A stretch of 36,515 bases of DNA from an uncultured Flavobacteriaceae bacterium. GTDB taxonomy: Bacteria; Bacteroidota; Bacteroidia; Flavobacteriales; Flavobacteriaceae. Every line of letters starts with the position of its first letter. Within the stretch, counting starts at the first letter, position 1. Location of the stretch: assembly GCA_964510745.1 (NCBI GenBank), contig CAZECB010000001.1:1-36515 (forward strand), in the 5' to 3' direction. The position numbers and the translations under genes were made by a program. This document shows, one piece after another, positions 16,723-27,032 of the stretch. A model generated the notes under the pieces. It was not told the origin of the DNA and did not search any database. It saw nothing but the letters and a program-made list of their open reading frames with translations.

Positions 16723-19700
16723 ATGTTCAAAACATTTTTCATTTCGGAACTCAAGTATCTTTTTAGACAAGCCCCAATATACGTATACACCCTTTTTTTT
16801 ATCTTCACGGGATTTCTCATCGTCATTAATACTGGGGCCAATGAAATTGTCTATGCGAATTCACCGTTTAATGTAAACCAACGATTACTAGGTTTAGGTT
16901 TATTAATGTCGATGGTAATAATTCATTTTTTTAATACTACTGCATTGAGGGATTTCAAGTATGAATTCCATGAAATTTTATTTACAACACCCTTAAGTAA
17001 ATCGGGTTATTTTCTAGGGCGTTTTTGTGCCGTATGGTTGATGACAACAATTCCTTTTTTAGGAGCTTATCTCGGTTATATTTTGGGTGCACAGATAGGT
17101 CCTTTTTTTGGTTTGGCAGATGCCAGTAGACTTGGACCTTTTTACGTAGAAACCTTTATTAGTCACTATCTTCTAATTGCATTGCCAAATGCTTTCATAA
17201 TAGGGAGTATTATCTATGCTATTTCAAGTAAATGGAAAAGCACCATGATTTCATTTGCTGGAATTTTTATTATTCTTATTTCAATCATAATAGCCAAGGT
17301 ATTAGCATCAAATATTAATTATCAAAATATCGTTCTCTTTATTGATATTTTAGGTGACAACGTCTATAATATTGAAACACGTTATTATAGTGCAGTAGAA
17401 AAAAATACAACTCCCTCGGTATGGTCCATACAACTTCTTTACAATAGAGGTGTTTGGATAGGTTTAAGTGCGCTGGTACTATATATTTCCTATCGTGCAT
17501 TTTCATTCAAAAATCAGAATAAAAAAGTAAGAAAGAAACAACCTATTTATGAAAAGTCTAGAGCAGTATTTAAACAGCCCGCAGTAACAACTTTATTTCA
17601 AACAAAGACATCATGGCATCAATTTAAGAGTTTTTTTGGTATTCACTTTTCGAGTATTTTTAAAAGCATAACCCTAAAAATCATACTCATATGTAGTCTT
17701 ATCGTATTTATAATAATTCTGCGGAGTCCTCAGAATAGATTGGGATTTAGTTCTTACCCGTTTACTTATCGTATCATCGATGGTATTAATTCTTCCTCTA
17801 CAGATTTATTTTTCACAATTATGATTATCTTCTTTAGTGGTGAACTCATTTGGAGAGACAGAGATGTTAAAATAAATGAAGTTATGGATGCTACAGCACA
17901 TTCCTCTCTTTTTTCTGCAATGGCAAAAGCGCTTTCCTTATTGACGATCATTTCTATCATTCATCTATCTTATATTGGTCTCGGCATATTGTATCAGCTA
18001 ATCAATAGCTATACACACATTGAAATTGATATATATATCTTGAGCTTCTTGTATGACGCATTTCCAAAATATCTTATCTATAGCTGTATTGTAGTTTTAA
18101 TACAAGCATTATTACAAAATAGATATCTCGGATATTTTGTATCTATATTGATTTTATTTGCTTGGGACCCTGTTCTAAATTGGCTGGACATTTCCAGCAA
18201 TATGCTTCACATTGCCGGCAGGCCTTCTATTACATATTCAGATTTGAATGGTTTTGGTCCAGGTTTAAAAGGAGTACTTTGGTTTAATGCGTATTGGGTA
18301 CTATTCTCTTTATTATGTTTATTTCTTGCAGGTTCTTTATGGAGTCGTGGTTCCAAAAAATCATTATTCAAACGTTTTAAAAGTATACGAAAACAAATCC
18401 CAAAAAACTATAGAGCTAGTATTATGGCAACAATAAGTATTTGGTTACTTGTTGGCGATTATGTGTATTATAATACTCAAGTATTAAACCCATATTTATC
18501 CACTGATGCTCAAACTCAAATCGTGGTAAATTATGAAAAGAGATATAAAAAGTATGAGCATATCCTTTTGCCAAAAATAACAGATATTAAGTATGCGGTT
18601 GACATTTTTCCTTCGCAGAGAAATGTTGATGCAAAAGCTATAATTACATTAACCAATGAGAATTTAAACCCTATAGATGAGCTTCATTTTGTTTTAAATG
18701 ATGATTGGGAAACTGAATTTACCATACCAAATTCAAGATTAATTACGGAAGATGTTATTTACAGAATCTATAAACTAGACACTTCATTACAACCGGGAGC
18801 ATCTATTCAAATAAAAATTGATGCTAAATATAGGACCAGAGGTTTTGAAAACAACAGAGGAGAAACAAGCATTGTCAATAATGGAACGATGATTAGCAAT
18901 AGAGATTTTGTGCCTTTTATCGGGTATCAAGACCGTTTTGAATTGAGAGGTAATAGTATTCGAAAAGAGTACGGATTATCAGAAAAACCCCGAGTAGCTA
19001 AATTAACCAAAGAGGTGTCTGAAAACCATATGAAAAATGCTTTAGGTGGTAGAACATCAGAGTTTTTCAATGCAGAAACCATTATATCTACAAGTTCAGA
19101 TCAAACTGCGATTGCGTCAGGATCGCTCATAAAACAGTGGAAAAAAGGAAATCGTAATTATTACCACTATAAAACGGATACTACAGCTGTAAATGGTCAT
19201 ATTTTTAATTCTGGACGTTTTGAAATTGCAAAGCAACAATGGAATGACGTTGCCATTGAAGTTTATTATGATAAGAAACATCCTAAGAACATACAAAGAA
19301 TGTTAGATATGGTAGTACATTCTTTAACCTATTATACAAAAAACTTTGGTCCATATTATCATAAGCATTTTCGTATCATTGAGGTTCCCCGTTATGTGGC
19401 ATTTGGTGGGGCAGCATCAACAGGAGGTGCTATGTTATATAGCGAAGCTGCCGGGTTTATTATGAATATAGAAGATGTAACAAAGAATAACCGTGTAGAT
19501 GCAGTTGTCGCCCATGAAATATCACATCAATGGTGGGCGCATCAAATTACTGGAGCTAATCTACAAGGGCGTGCTATGTTACATGAGAGCCTTGCAGAAT
19601 ATTCTACACTAATGGTTTTGAAAGAAGCTGCTAAAACACCAGTACAAATGCAGCAATTTCTTGAAAATGACCATGAACTTTATTTAAGCGGACGTAGTCG

Positions 19701-20295
19701 TGAATCACTGTATGAATCCCCCTTATATAAAGTGGAACATCAAACCTATGTTAGTTATGGAAAAGGAAGTATTATTTTTTATGCTTTGCAAGATTATATT
19801 GGAGAAGAAAAAGTAAATGAAGCATTAAAAAACTTTATAAAGGCATATGGTTATAAAAAACCACCGTATCCAAGTACTTTAGCCTTTTTAGATTATTTAG
19901 AACCACAAATACCAGATTCTTTAAAATATTTAGTGGACGATTCGTTTAAAAAAATTGTACTGTATGACAATCTTTTAACAGGTGCTACTTATAAAAAATT
20001 AAAGAATGGTAAGTATTCGGTTACTATGGATATCGAAAGCAATAAAATAAAGGTAGATAGCTTAGGTAATGAAACCAACGTGAATATAAATGATTGGGTT
20101 GATATCGGTTTTTTCTTAGATGAAAATGAAACAAAACTATACCATCAAAAACGAATTAAAATTCATAAAAGATTAAACAAATTCACATTTGAATTGGACA
20201 CTTTACCTGTTAAAGCGGCTATTGATCCACGTCATCTTTTAATAGATAAAAATTACGATGATAATATTAGAGTTATAAGTGAAATTAATAATTAA
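16723..20295 (+). CDS. ABC-2-type permease fused to an M1-family metallopeptidase domain
   Basis: About 580 aa of duplicated multi-TM permease (RDF....EILFTTP / WRDRD...EVMDAT), then HEISH...ESLAEY zinc motif and YGKG. Confidence 0.9.
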   Translation: MFKTFFISELKYLFRQAPIYVYTLFFIFTGFLIVINTGANEIVYANSPFNVNQRLLGLGLLMSMVIIHFFNTTALRDFKYEFHEILFTTPLSKSGYFLGRFCAVWLMTTIPFLGAYLGYILGAQIGPFFGLADASRLGPFYVETFISHYLLIALPNAFIIGSIIYAISSKWKSTMISFAGIFIILISIIIAKVLASNINYQNIVLFIDILGDNVYNIETRYYSAVEKNTTPSVWSIQLLYNRGVWIGLSALVLYISYRAFSFKNQNKKVRKKQPIYEKSRAVFKQPAVTTLFQTKTSWHQFKSFFGIHFSSIFKSITLKIILICSLIVFIIILRSPQNRLGFSSYPFTYRIIDGINSSSTDLFFTIMIIFFSGELIWRDRDVKINEVMDATAHSSLFSAMAKALSLLTIISIIHLSYIGLGILYQLINSYTHIEIDIYILSFLYDAFPKYLIYSCIVVLIQALLQNRYLGYFVSILILFAWDPVLNWLDISSNMLHIAGRPSITYSDLNGFGPGLKGVLWFNAYWVLFSLLCLFLAGSLWSRGSKKSLFKRFKSIRKQIPKNYRASIMATISIWLLVGDYVYYNTQVLNPYLSTDAQTQIVVNYEKRYKKYEHILLPKITDIKYAVDIFPSQRNVDAKAIITLTNENLNPIDELHFVLNDDWETEFTIPNSRLITEDVIYRIYKLDTSLQPGASIQIKIDAKYRTRGFENNRGETSIVNNGTMISNRDFVPFIGYQDRFELRGNSIRKEYGLSEKPRVAKLTKEVSENHMKNALGGRTSEFFNAETIISTSSDQTAIASGSLIKQWKKGNRNYYHYKTDTTAVNGHIFNSGRFEIAKQQWNDVAIEVYYDKKHPKNIQRMLDMVVHSLTYYTKNFGPYYHKHFRIIEVPRYVAFGGAASTGGAMLYSEAAGFIMNIEDVTKNNRVDAVVAHEISHQWWAHQITGANLQGRAMLHESLAEYSTLMVLKEAAKTPVQMQQFLENDHELYLSGRSRESLYESPLYKVEHQTYVSYGKGSIIFYALQDYIGEEKVNEALKNFIKAYGYKKPPYPSTLAFLDYLEPQIPDSLKYLVDDSFKKIVLYDNLLTGATYKKLKNGKYSVTMDIESNKIKVDSLGNETNVNINDWVDIGFFLDENETKLYHQKRIKIHKRLNKFTFELDTLPVKAAIDPRHLLIDKNYDDNIRVISEINN

Positions 20296-20305
20296 AAATA
20301 GTGAA

Positions 20306-20725
20306 ATGATTAAGAATTTAATCCTAAAAAGCAAAAGAGTAAAAAAGAAGGTCGTTAAAAATACATCCATTCATTTTACGATTTATATTGAAGATATGGA
20401 TAGAGCTAAACGGTTTTATTCAAACTTATTCAGTTGGGATTTTGACAATAGCAATTCAGGTCATTTTCTTCAGATAAAGAATAGAAATGATAGCCAACAT
20501 ATTGGCACATTTCAATCTAAAAAACATAATCCATTAAGTGAAAAACCGATTAGTTTTGAATGTTCTATTGAAGTTGAAGATATCGATAATACTATTTTAA
20601 CTGTAGTATACAATGGAGGTATAATTATAACACCTAAAACAGAAATTTCTAATGTAGGTTATCTTATTAAGTTTTTAGACACAGAAAATAATATAGTTAC
20701 TGCAATCCAATATTATGAAAAATAA
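20306..20725 (+). CDS. VOC (glyoxalase/bleomycin-resistance) family protein
   Basis: HFTIYIEDMDRAKRFYSNLFSW, IEVEDID, GG.IITPK.EI..VG...FLDTENN; start uncertain. Confidence 0.85.
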   Translation: MIKNLILKSKRVKKKVVKNTSIHFTIYIEDMDRAKRFYSNLFSWDFDNSNSGHFLQIKNRNDSQHIGTFQSKKHNPLSEKPISFECSIEVEDIDNTILTVVYNGGIIITPKTEISNVGYLIKFLDTENNIVTAIQYYEK

Positions 20726-20842
20726 TGAAGTTAATTCAAAAAAAACTTGTTTATTATTTTTATATAGTCATTCCTTTTTAAATTCAGGAATACCTGCGCC
20801 TTTTCTATTTTTTAAGTTAGCCTATAATTACAATTTTCCTAA

Positions 20843-22018
20843 TCATTCGTTCGAACTCTTATATATTGGAATCAACTTTTTAAGATAATTCCCAATTTCC
20901 CAATTATAATGTATATCAGAGAAATATATAGAACCTGGTCCTTTTGCTAAAAGTGGGACTAAGGATGCCGTGTGGTCCTTTGAAGCCCAAATCGTTTGCA
21001 TATTAGGATAGTTTTTATCCGAAACTATGACAAGACCACCTGTTTCATGATCAGAAGTGAATATTACAAGAGTTTCTCTATTTGTTTTTGAAAAATCAAG
21101 TATATAAGAAAGTGTTTTTTGAATAGATTTTAACCCGTTCAATACTCCTTTTGAATCATTTTTATGAGATTTCGTATCAATTTCTTCAGATTCTACCAAC
21201 AATAAAAATGGTTGATCTTTAGAAGTCAAATAGTCTAAAGCTACTGTAGTCAGTCGAGTGAGATTTGGATCAGAATTCAAATCTTGAACTTCGTCTTCTG
21301 CATAAACTGCTGCCAATGGTTTTGTATTTGAATCACTACTTGGGAATTCGAGAGATTTATCCAATATATGAAAGCGTTTGTTTAAGATTTCAATTGTAGC
21401 TTCGTAATCTGGAACGTTCCCTTCTCCTAAATCTTCAAGTTCCCCAAAAATAAGATCAAGTCCACTGGAAGCAATTTGAGTTAAAATTTCTTTGGCATTA
21501 TCCCTTGATTTGGTATGGGCAATAAAGGCTGCAGGTGTTGCATCCCAAATGTAAGAATCTGTTACTATGCCAGTCAGGTAATTATTTTGAGTTGCTAATT
21601 CCATAATGTTTTCTAAGTTATTTCCTTTATTATCTTGGCCAATGACTTCAAAAGATGTTACCGTTCCTGTAGACATAGCTGTAGCTGAGGCACCTGAATC
21701 TGTAAGAGGCCCATATGATGATCGAGTATCATGCCATCCTTTTACATCAAATTCTTGCCAAACAGAGGTTTCTTCAGATTGTTGTGTCAATAAAGCCAAT
21801 GATAAATGATTAAAACCCATTCCATCTGCTATAAAAATAATAATGTTTTTAGGTTTCTCTCTTAAACTATCTAAAGGTGTGCGTGATGAATATTGTATTG
21901 GGGAAAATTCAATATCTGATATATGTGTAACACTTTTTAAGTTAAATATATAGAACAACCCTATTATGGGTAGTAAAATAGCGATTAAAATAAAGGTCAC
22001 TTTTTTTAAATTCCTCAT
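20843..22018 (-). CDS. Alkaline phosphatase (PhoA superfamily), exported or membrane-anchored
   Basis: IIIFIADGMG, TDSGASATAM (Ser nucleophile), DATPAAF, E.EEID..SH, SDHETGG, DHT. Confidence 0.92.
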   Translation of the reverse strand: MRNLKKVTFILIAILLPIIGLFYIFNLKSVTHISDIEFSPIQYSSRTPLDSLREKPKNIIIFIADGMGFNHLSLALLTQQSEETSVWQEFDVKGWHDTRSSYGPLTDSGASATAMSTGTVTSFEVIGQDNKGNNLENIMELATQNNYLTGIVTDSYIWDATPAAFIAHTKSRDNAKEILTQIASSGLDLIFGELEDLGEGNVPDYEATIEILNKRFHILDKSLEFPSSDSNTKPLAAVYAEDEVQDLNSDPNLTRLTTVALDYLTSKDQPFLLLVESEEIDTKSHKNDSKGVLNGLKSIQKTLSYILDFSKTNRETLVIFTSDHETGGLVIVSDKNYPNMQTIWASKDHTASLVPLLAKGPGSIYFSDIHYNWEIGNYLKKLIPIYKSSNE

Positions 22019-22044
22019 GGGTTTATTTTTTTAGAGATAAAACA

Positions 22045-22917
22045 CTAAAATTTAGGGATGTCTATTTTTTCAATCCTTTTTATTAATGCCTCGTTATTCT
22101 CATTAATAGTCATAGGGGTAATTACAATGTAACCATCTAATATTAACGTATCGTCATAAATTTTTGTTCGATCAATTGGATCCCCTGTATAATCAGGCTC
22201 CCAAATGGTTGTCTTTCCTTTAGTTTCAGTTTCTATTCTACTAAATTTTATAAATTCTGGTTTTTCTATAGAGATTCTTCTTTCTGATATTTTAACACCT
22301 TTTATCTTCTCTATTTCTTTTGGAAGACCAACCGTGAGGTAATCTTCTTTTTGAAGTGTATTCATTATTTTGGAAGAAATAAGTTGCGCAATCCATTTAG
22401 GGATTCTAATATGAGAATCTTGATTATTGGAATCAAACCCAGATAATGCAATACCTTTAACGCCTAACGCTGCTGCGGTTCGTACTGCTCCAATAGTACC
22501 AGAACCAAACCATTCAGGTCCTGAATTTGGACCACCATTAATTCCTGACAATACTAAATCGGGTCTGTTATTTTCAAAAAAACCATTTAATCCTAAAGCA
22601 ACACAATCTGAAGGTGTACCTTTTACAGTATATATAGAAATAGTATCTAAAGTATCTATAGCAATTGTTGTAACCTCAAGTTGTTCTTTATACTTACCCA
22701 GCGTAATGTAATTAGAAGTTCCTGACCTATCAGATTCTGAAACAATAATGGAAACTTTACGGGCAACTTTTTTAACACCTTTGGCTAAAGAAATTAGGCG
22801 GTCTTTATCTTCAATACCATCGTCATTAGTAATTAAAATATGATTATAAATGGGTTCTTGAGCTTTACAATTTTGATTAAGAATTATTAGAAATAGTAAT
22901 GTTATTAATTTATTCAT
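22045..22917 (-). CDS. surE: SurE-family 5'/3'-nucleotidase with a signal peptide
   Basis: ILITNDDG, RSGTS, GTPSDCV, SGINGGPN, SGTIGA, ITPM. Confidence 0.9.
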   Translation of the reverse strand: MNKLITLLFLIILNQNCKAQEPIYNHILITNDDGIEDKDRLISLAKGVKKVARKVSIIVSESDRSGTSNYITLGKYKEQLEVTTIAIDTLDTISIYTVKGTPSDCVALGLNGFFENNRPDLVLSGINGGPNSGPEWFGSGTIGAVRTAAALGVKGIALSGFDSNNQDSHIRIPKWIAQLISSKIMNTLQKEDYLTVGLPKEIEKIKGVKISERRISIEKPEFIKFSRIETETKGKTTIWEPDYTGDPIDRTKIYDDTLILDGYIVITPMTINENNEALIKRIEKIDIPKF

Positions 22918-24047
22918 TATTTTATTGTTTTTAATTGATTCATTTTAAGTCCAAATAATGGACGTATTAATTTCCACTGGCGAATACCAAATTCATACAC
23001 AACCCAACTTCCTAAAAAAGTACCTGCAATCATTATAGAAAATTTAGGTAAAAACTCCCAGCTTAAATTCATAATATAATACCCAATTATAATAGTGATA
23101 GTTTGATGTAAAATATAAAACGGATATACAGCTTCATTTGCATAAGATAATTGCTTGCTTGAACGATTTAAATACTTAGCAGCAAAAGCAAAAAGTGTTA
23201 GTATCCAACTCCAATAGTTTATAGGGATGATTGTTAACTCTAAGACATATGAGAAATACGTATCTTCCATTACCCATACAGAAAAGTATAAAATACCAAA
23301 AGCAATAACTGAAACAATAGTATATAATGTTCTATAACTTTTTAAACTCTTCCAAAAAACATCTTTTAAATGCATTAATATAAAACCATAACCAAAAAGA
23401 ACGCTAAACTTAGCAAGTAAGTACCAATCATCTAATAAAGCGTGTGTTTTTGGAAAATAAGGTTCTAGCGTAAACTCTATTAAAATAAGTGGCAAGCAAA
23501 ACCAAAATAATCCTAATGGTTTTTTAATTTGATTTGATAACCAATTTGTAAACCTATTAACTGGATGCTTTTTAATGTATTTAAATATAGGAAGCCAAAC
23601 TAATGAGAATACAAATAAATAAGGTAAAAACCATAGATGATGCCAGCTTAAATTACCTTCTGGGTAAACACCTACAAAAGCTACTTCTTTCCAAAAATTA
23701 TAATAACTTCCTAAAAAATCCTGATTTGTTAATCGCTCTATATAAACTTGAGGTGGTATAATAAAAAGCATTCCGAAAACTAACGGAACCAATAATCTAA
23801 TAATCCGTTCTTTACTAAACTGCCAAGCATTTCTTTTGTTTAAAGCAAAATAGGTTCCTATTCCAGAAATAACGAATAAGATAGGCAATCGCCATCTATT
23901 TAAAAAATACATTGGTAATTCTATCCAATCATAGGCTATATTATTTTTAATATGAAAACCACGAGTATCAAAGAATTTTCCAGTATGGTAAAATATAAGC
24001 AAACCAAAAACCAGTACTCTTAACCAATCTATATCGTATCTGCGCAT
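22917..24047 (-). CDS. Acyltransferase-3 family membrane protein (OpgC/MdoC-like)
   Basis: RRYDIDWLR, FYH, WRLPILFVISG, ER..RLLVPL, HHLWFLPYL, YPFYILHQ; ATG 24047 follows a TATATTTG box. Confidence 0.9.
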   Translation of the reverse strand: MRRYDIDWLRVLVFGLLIFYHTGKFFDTRGFHIKNNIAYDWIELPMYFLNRWRLPILFVISGIGTYFALNKRNAWQFSKERIIRLLVPLVFGMLFIIPPQVYIERLTNQDFLGSYYNFWKEVAFVGVYPEGNLSWHHLWFLPYLFVFSLVWLPIFKYIKKHPVNRFTNWLSNQIKKPLGLFWFCLPLILIEFTLEPYFPKTHALLDDWYLLAKFSVLFGYGFILMHLKDVFWKSLKSYRTLYTIVSVIAFGILYFSVWVMEDTYFSYVLELTIIPINYWSWILTLFAFAAKYLNRSSKQLSYANEAVYPFYILHQTITIIIGYYIMNLSWEFLPKFSIMIAGTFLGSWVVYEFGIRQWKLIRPLFGLKMNQLKTIK

Positions 24048-24100
24048 TTTTAAGTTTTTGAGCAAATATATATTGAGTTCTATTAAACTATTTTAAGTAA

Positions 24101-24135
24101 GTGATAGCGAACAAGCTTTTGTGATGAATGACAAG
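24101..24135 (-). promoter_or_regulatory. Direct repeat, candidate LytTR binding site
   Basis: GTGAT-N5-ACAAG occurs twice with a 20-nt period, upstream of the TATATTTG box (24070-24063). Confidence 0.6.
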
Positions 24136-25014
24136 TTAATTATGTATTCTTTCCATTTTCTTTTTAAAACTTGGGATCATTTTTCTGGAAACTAAGGCTT
24201 TTTCTTCTCCAATTTTAAAGGATAGTTTTAATCCTTGAGCATTTCCGTCAATATGTTTTATCTGTGTAAGGTTAACTAAAAATGAACGGTGTGTTCTTAT
24301 AATAAAATAGTGGGTAGCGAGCTGTATTTCTAAATTTTTTAATGAAATTCGAAGTAATTTCTTTAGAAGTTTGTTCTCTTCTAAAAAGTATATTTCGGTA
24401 TAATTCCCTTCTGATAAGGCAAATAATAACACATAAGGGTTTAAGCTAAATGTATCAGATTTTAATTGTGTTTTAATTAAAATTTCATCATTCTTAGACG
24501 TATGTATTTGTTCCTTAATAGGAATAATATGCTTTACAGTATTTTGATGTTTTCTTAAATAGCGATTATGGATAATAGGAACAATGATTACTAAAAAGAG
24601 CATACCTACTAAAAATGTATTTCTTATTTCTTCATAAAAATACCTCCAAGACCAATTATCTGGATTCGTATAAATAATATCTCTAATTAAAAATTGCCCA
24701 AGGCCTATAGCTAATAATGTACTGAGGATAAATAAAGTTTCTTTTTTAATGGTCCATTGATCAACTAATTTTTTTTTAAATAGCAGTAGAAAAGCTCCAG
24801 AAAAAACAATAAAAAAAGACACAAGTGCATGCATAAAACTAATCAAAAAAAAGTTCATTTTAAGTTGTTTTTCATTCACTTCAAAAGGCTCAAAAAAGTA
24901 ATTAAAAAATAAGGTCATTAAAAAAATAAGGGCAGAAATAGTAATAACATTTTTAATGGAATAGAAATAAGGGTACGATTGTTTTAAATAGTTTTTTATT
25001 TCTATGATTTTCAT
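24136..25014 (-). CDS. Membrane-bound LytTR-domain transcriptional regulator
   Basis: Four N-terminal TM segments plus SEGNY, SLK.LE, RTHRSFLVNL, VSR. Confidence 0.9.
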   Translation of the reverse strand: MKIIEIKNYLKQSYPYFYSIKNVITISALIFLMTLFFNYFFEPFEVNEKQLKMNFFLISFMHALVSFFIVFSGAFLLLFKKKLVDQWTIKKETLFILSTLLAIGLGQFLIRDIIYTNPDNWSWRYFYEEIRNTFLVGMLFLVIIVPIIHNRYLRKHQNTVKHIIPIKEQIHTSKNDEILIKTQLKSDTFSLNPYVLLFALSEGNYTEIYFLEENKLLKKLLRISLKNLEIQLATHYFIIRTHRSFLVNLTQIKHIDGNAQGLKLSFKIGEEKALVSRKMIPSFKKKMERIHN

Positions 25015-25083
25015 TGAAGCATTATTAATTGTTTTTTATAGAATTCTAAAATACTATAAATAAGCAATTAAATACTATATTAT

Positions 25084-25773
25084 TTAAGGCTTTAATCTCT
25101 CAACTAAAATATTCTTAAATTGAACACCTATTGGAATTTTAGTATTCTTAATCTTAACATAATCGTTTCCAATAGATTCAATCTTATTAAAATTAATGAT
25201 ATAAGACTTCTGTATTTGTATAAAATCATCTGTTAAATAAGATAGTGCTTCAGCAATACTTTGACGTGCCATTATTTTTTTATCAGCAGTAATATAATAG
25301 ATATAATTTCCGTCTTTTTCTAAATAAAAAATATTCTCAATACTAATTTGATGAGATTCCAAACCACTTTTAATGAATATCTTTTTTTTAATTTCCTGTG
25401 ATTGATTTACCTTATTACTTTTAAATTGCTCTAATAATTTTGTGATAGTTTTTGAAAATCGCTCAAGACTAATGGGTTTTAACAAATAATCTATTGCATT
25501 AATCTCATAGCTTTCTACAGCATGTTCAGAATACGCAGTAGTAAAAACTATAGCAGTTTCTTTTGAAATCATCTTTGATAATGATAATCCGCTTAAATGA
25601 GGCATATTGATATCTAAAAAAACAACATCAATTTGTTCAGTATTTACAAATTCTAAAGCTTTGAGTCCATTTCTAAACGTTTTTATGAGCTCGAAACCTG
25701 AAAAATGTGATAAGTATGAATTAATTAATTCAATTGCCTTAGGTTCATCATCTACTATTAGTACTTTAATCAT
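25084..25773 (-). CDS. LytR/AlgR family response regulator
   Basis: IVDDEP, FLDINMP, FTTAYSE, DYLLKP plus C-terminal LytTR domain. Confidence 0.95.
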   Translation of the reverse strand: MIKVLIVDDEPKAIELINSYLSHFSGFELIKTFRNGLKALEFVNTEQIDVVFLDINMPHLSGLSLSKMISKETAIVFTTAYSEHAVESYEINAIDYLLKPISLERFSKTITKLLEQFKSNKVNQSQEIKKKIFIKSGLESHQISIENIFYLEKDGNYIYYITADKKIMARQSIAEALSYLTDDFIQIQKSYIINFNKIESIGNDYVKIKNTKIPIGVQFKNILVERLKP

Positions 25774-26827
25774 GTGTTTTAATAGTTAATTCAACGTTAT
25801 AGGTTACATCTTCATTAAAAACAATGGAATATCTATCAGGATACGCTAAATCTAATCGTTCTTGATTGGATTTTATACCAAACCCTCCTTCTTTTTTTTC
25901 TAAAGGTCTTTTCGGAATAGAATTTTCAACACTAAAACTGATGGTGCTTCGGTCTGACACATCAATCTCTATATAAATGAATCCTTGCTCTTCAGGTTGC
26001 AATCCATGTTTAAACGCATTTTCAACATAGCATAAAAAAATACCTGATTCAAGAGGTTGAGATGTATATTCTCCTGTTACATTCAACTTAAAATCTATTT
26101 CATTTTCTTCAAAACGTAATAAGTGTAGTTCTGAAAAATTCCTAATAAATTCAATTTCTTGAGCAATAGTTAATTGATCTTGAGCATCAGTATTATACAC
26201 CACATGACGTAATAACCCTGATAACTTATCTATTCCTTGGGCCAATTTAGGGTTATCTGTTTGATTTACCATAGCCATTAAATTATTCAAGGTATTGAAT
26301 AAAAAATGTGGTTGTAATTGACGACGGAGTAAATTTAATTCAGCTTGATTTTTAACTAGCTCTAATTGTTGTTTATCACGTTCATGTCGTATCCATTTTT
26401 TGGTAAAACCATATAAAACTACAACAGCGATATAAAAAATATTAAAAAAAGCTGAGGCTGTAAAATTTATATTATTCAGTACATCCAATTCATCACGTAG
26501 ATAAAAAAATAAGCCTAAAGAAAGTGACTGAAAAATGTAAATACTAAAAAAAAGAAGGATGGATTTTATAACAAAAGCCCTAACAGTTTTGAGTTTCGTT
26601 AAGCGATGGATAAGATATAATTCAATATAACTAAATAAAGCAGAAATAAATTGTACGACTATTATCGCATATGTTTTAGTGTTATTTCTTATTAATATAT
26701 CTTTCTCTTTCCCATTAATAATCTCAGAACCAACAACGTCCATTGTCACTTTGCCCATCATAAAAAGCCAGGTAAAGAATATCCAAAATAAAATATTAAA
26801 CAATATTTCCAGTTTACTAAACCGCAT
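25766..26827 (-). CDS. LytS/YehU-type sensor histidine kinase
   Basis: N-terminal TMs, QLQPHFLFNTLNNL H-box, VENAFKHG, GGFG. Confidence 0.93.
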   Translation of the reverse strand: MRFSKLEILFNILFWIFFTWLFMMGKVTMDVVGSEIINGKEKDILIRNNTKTYAIIVVQFISALFSYIELYLIHRLTKLKTVRAFVIKSILLFFSIYIFQSLSLGLFFYLRDELDVLNNINFTASAFFNIFYIAVVVLYGFTKKWIRHERDKQQLELVKNQAELNLLRRQLQPHFLFNTLNNLMAMVNQTDNPKLAQGIDKLSGLLRHVVYNTDAQDQLTIAQEIEFIRNFSELHLLRFEENEIDFKLNVTGEYTSQPLESGIFLCYVENAFKHGLQPEEQGFIYIEIDVSDRSTISFSVENSIPKRPLEKKEGGFGIKSNQERLDLAYPDRYSIVFNEDVTYNVELTIKTHD

Positions 26828-27032
26828 AGATCAAAGGTACTTTTCTTAACTTCAAAAGGATGATATTTGTGATGAAACACTGCATTTTTGATATAAAATA
26901 ATTATTACTAAAGTATTTCACATTTCTGATAGGTTTTATCACAAGCTTATAACCTTTGACGACTTTCTTCAAGAATTGTTACTAAACTTCATTTAATTAG
27001 AGGTGTCAATCAAAAAAATTAAAATAATAATC

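Noticed and set aside
20767-20791. GTCATTCCT-N10-AGGAAT, a possible extra repeat copy between the VOC and phosphatase genes
   Set aside because: Only a 6-bp stem and no partner arm; could be chance or a weak terminator.
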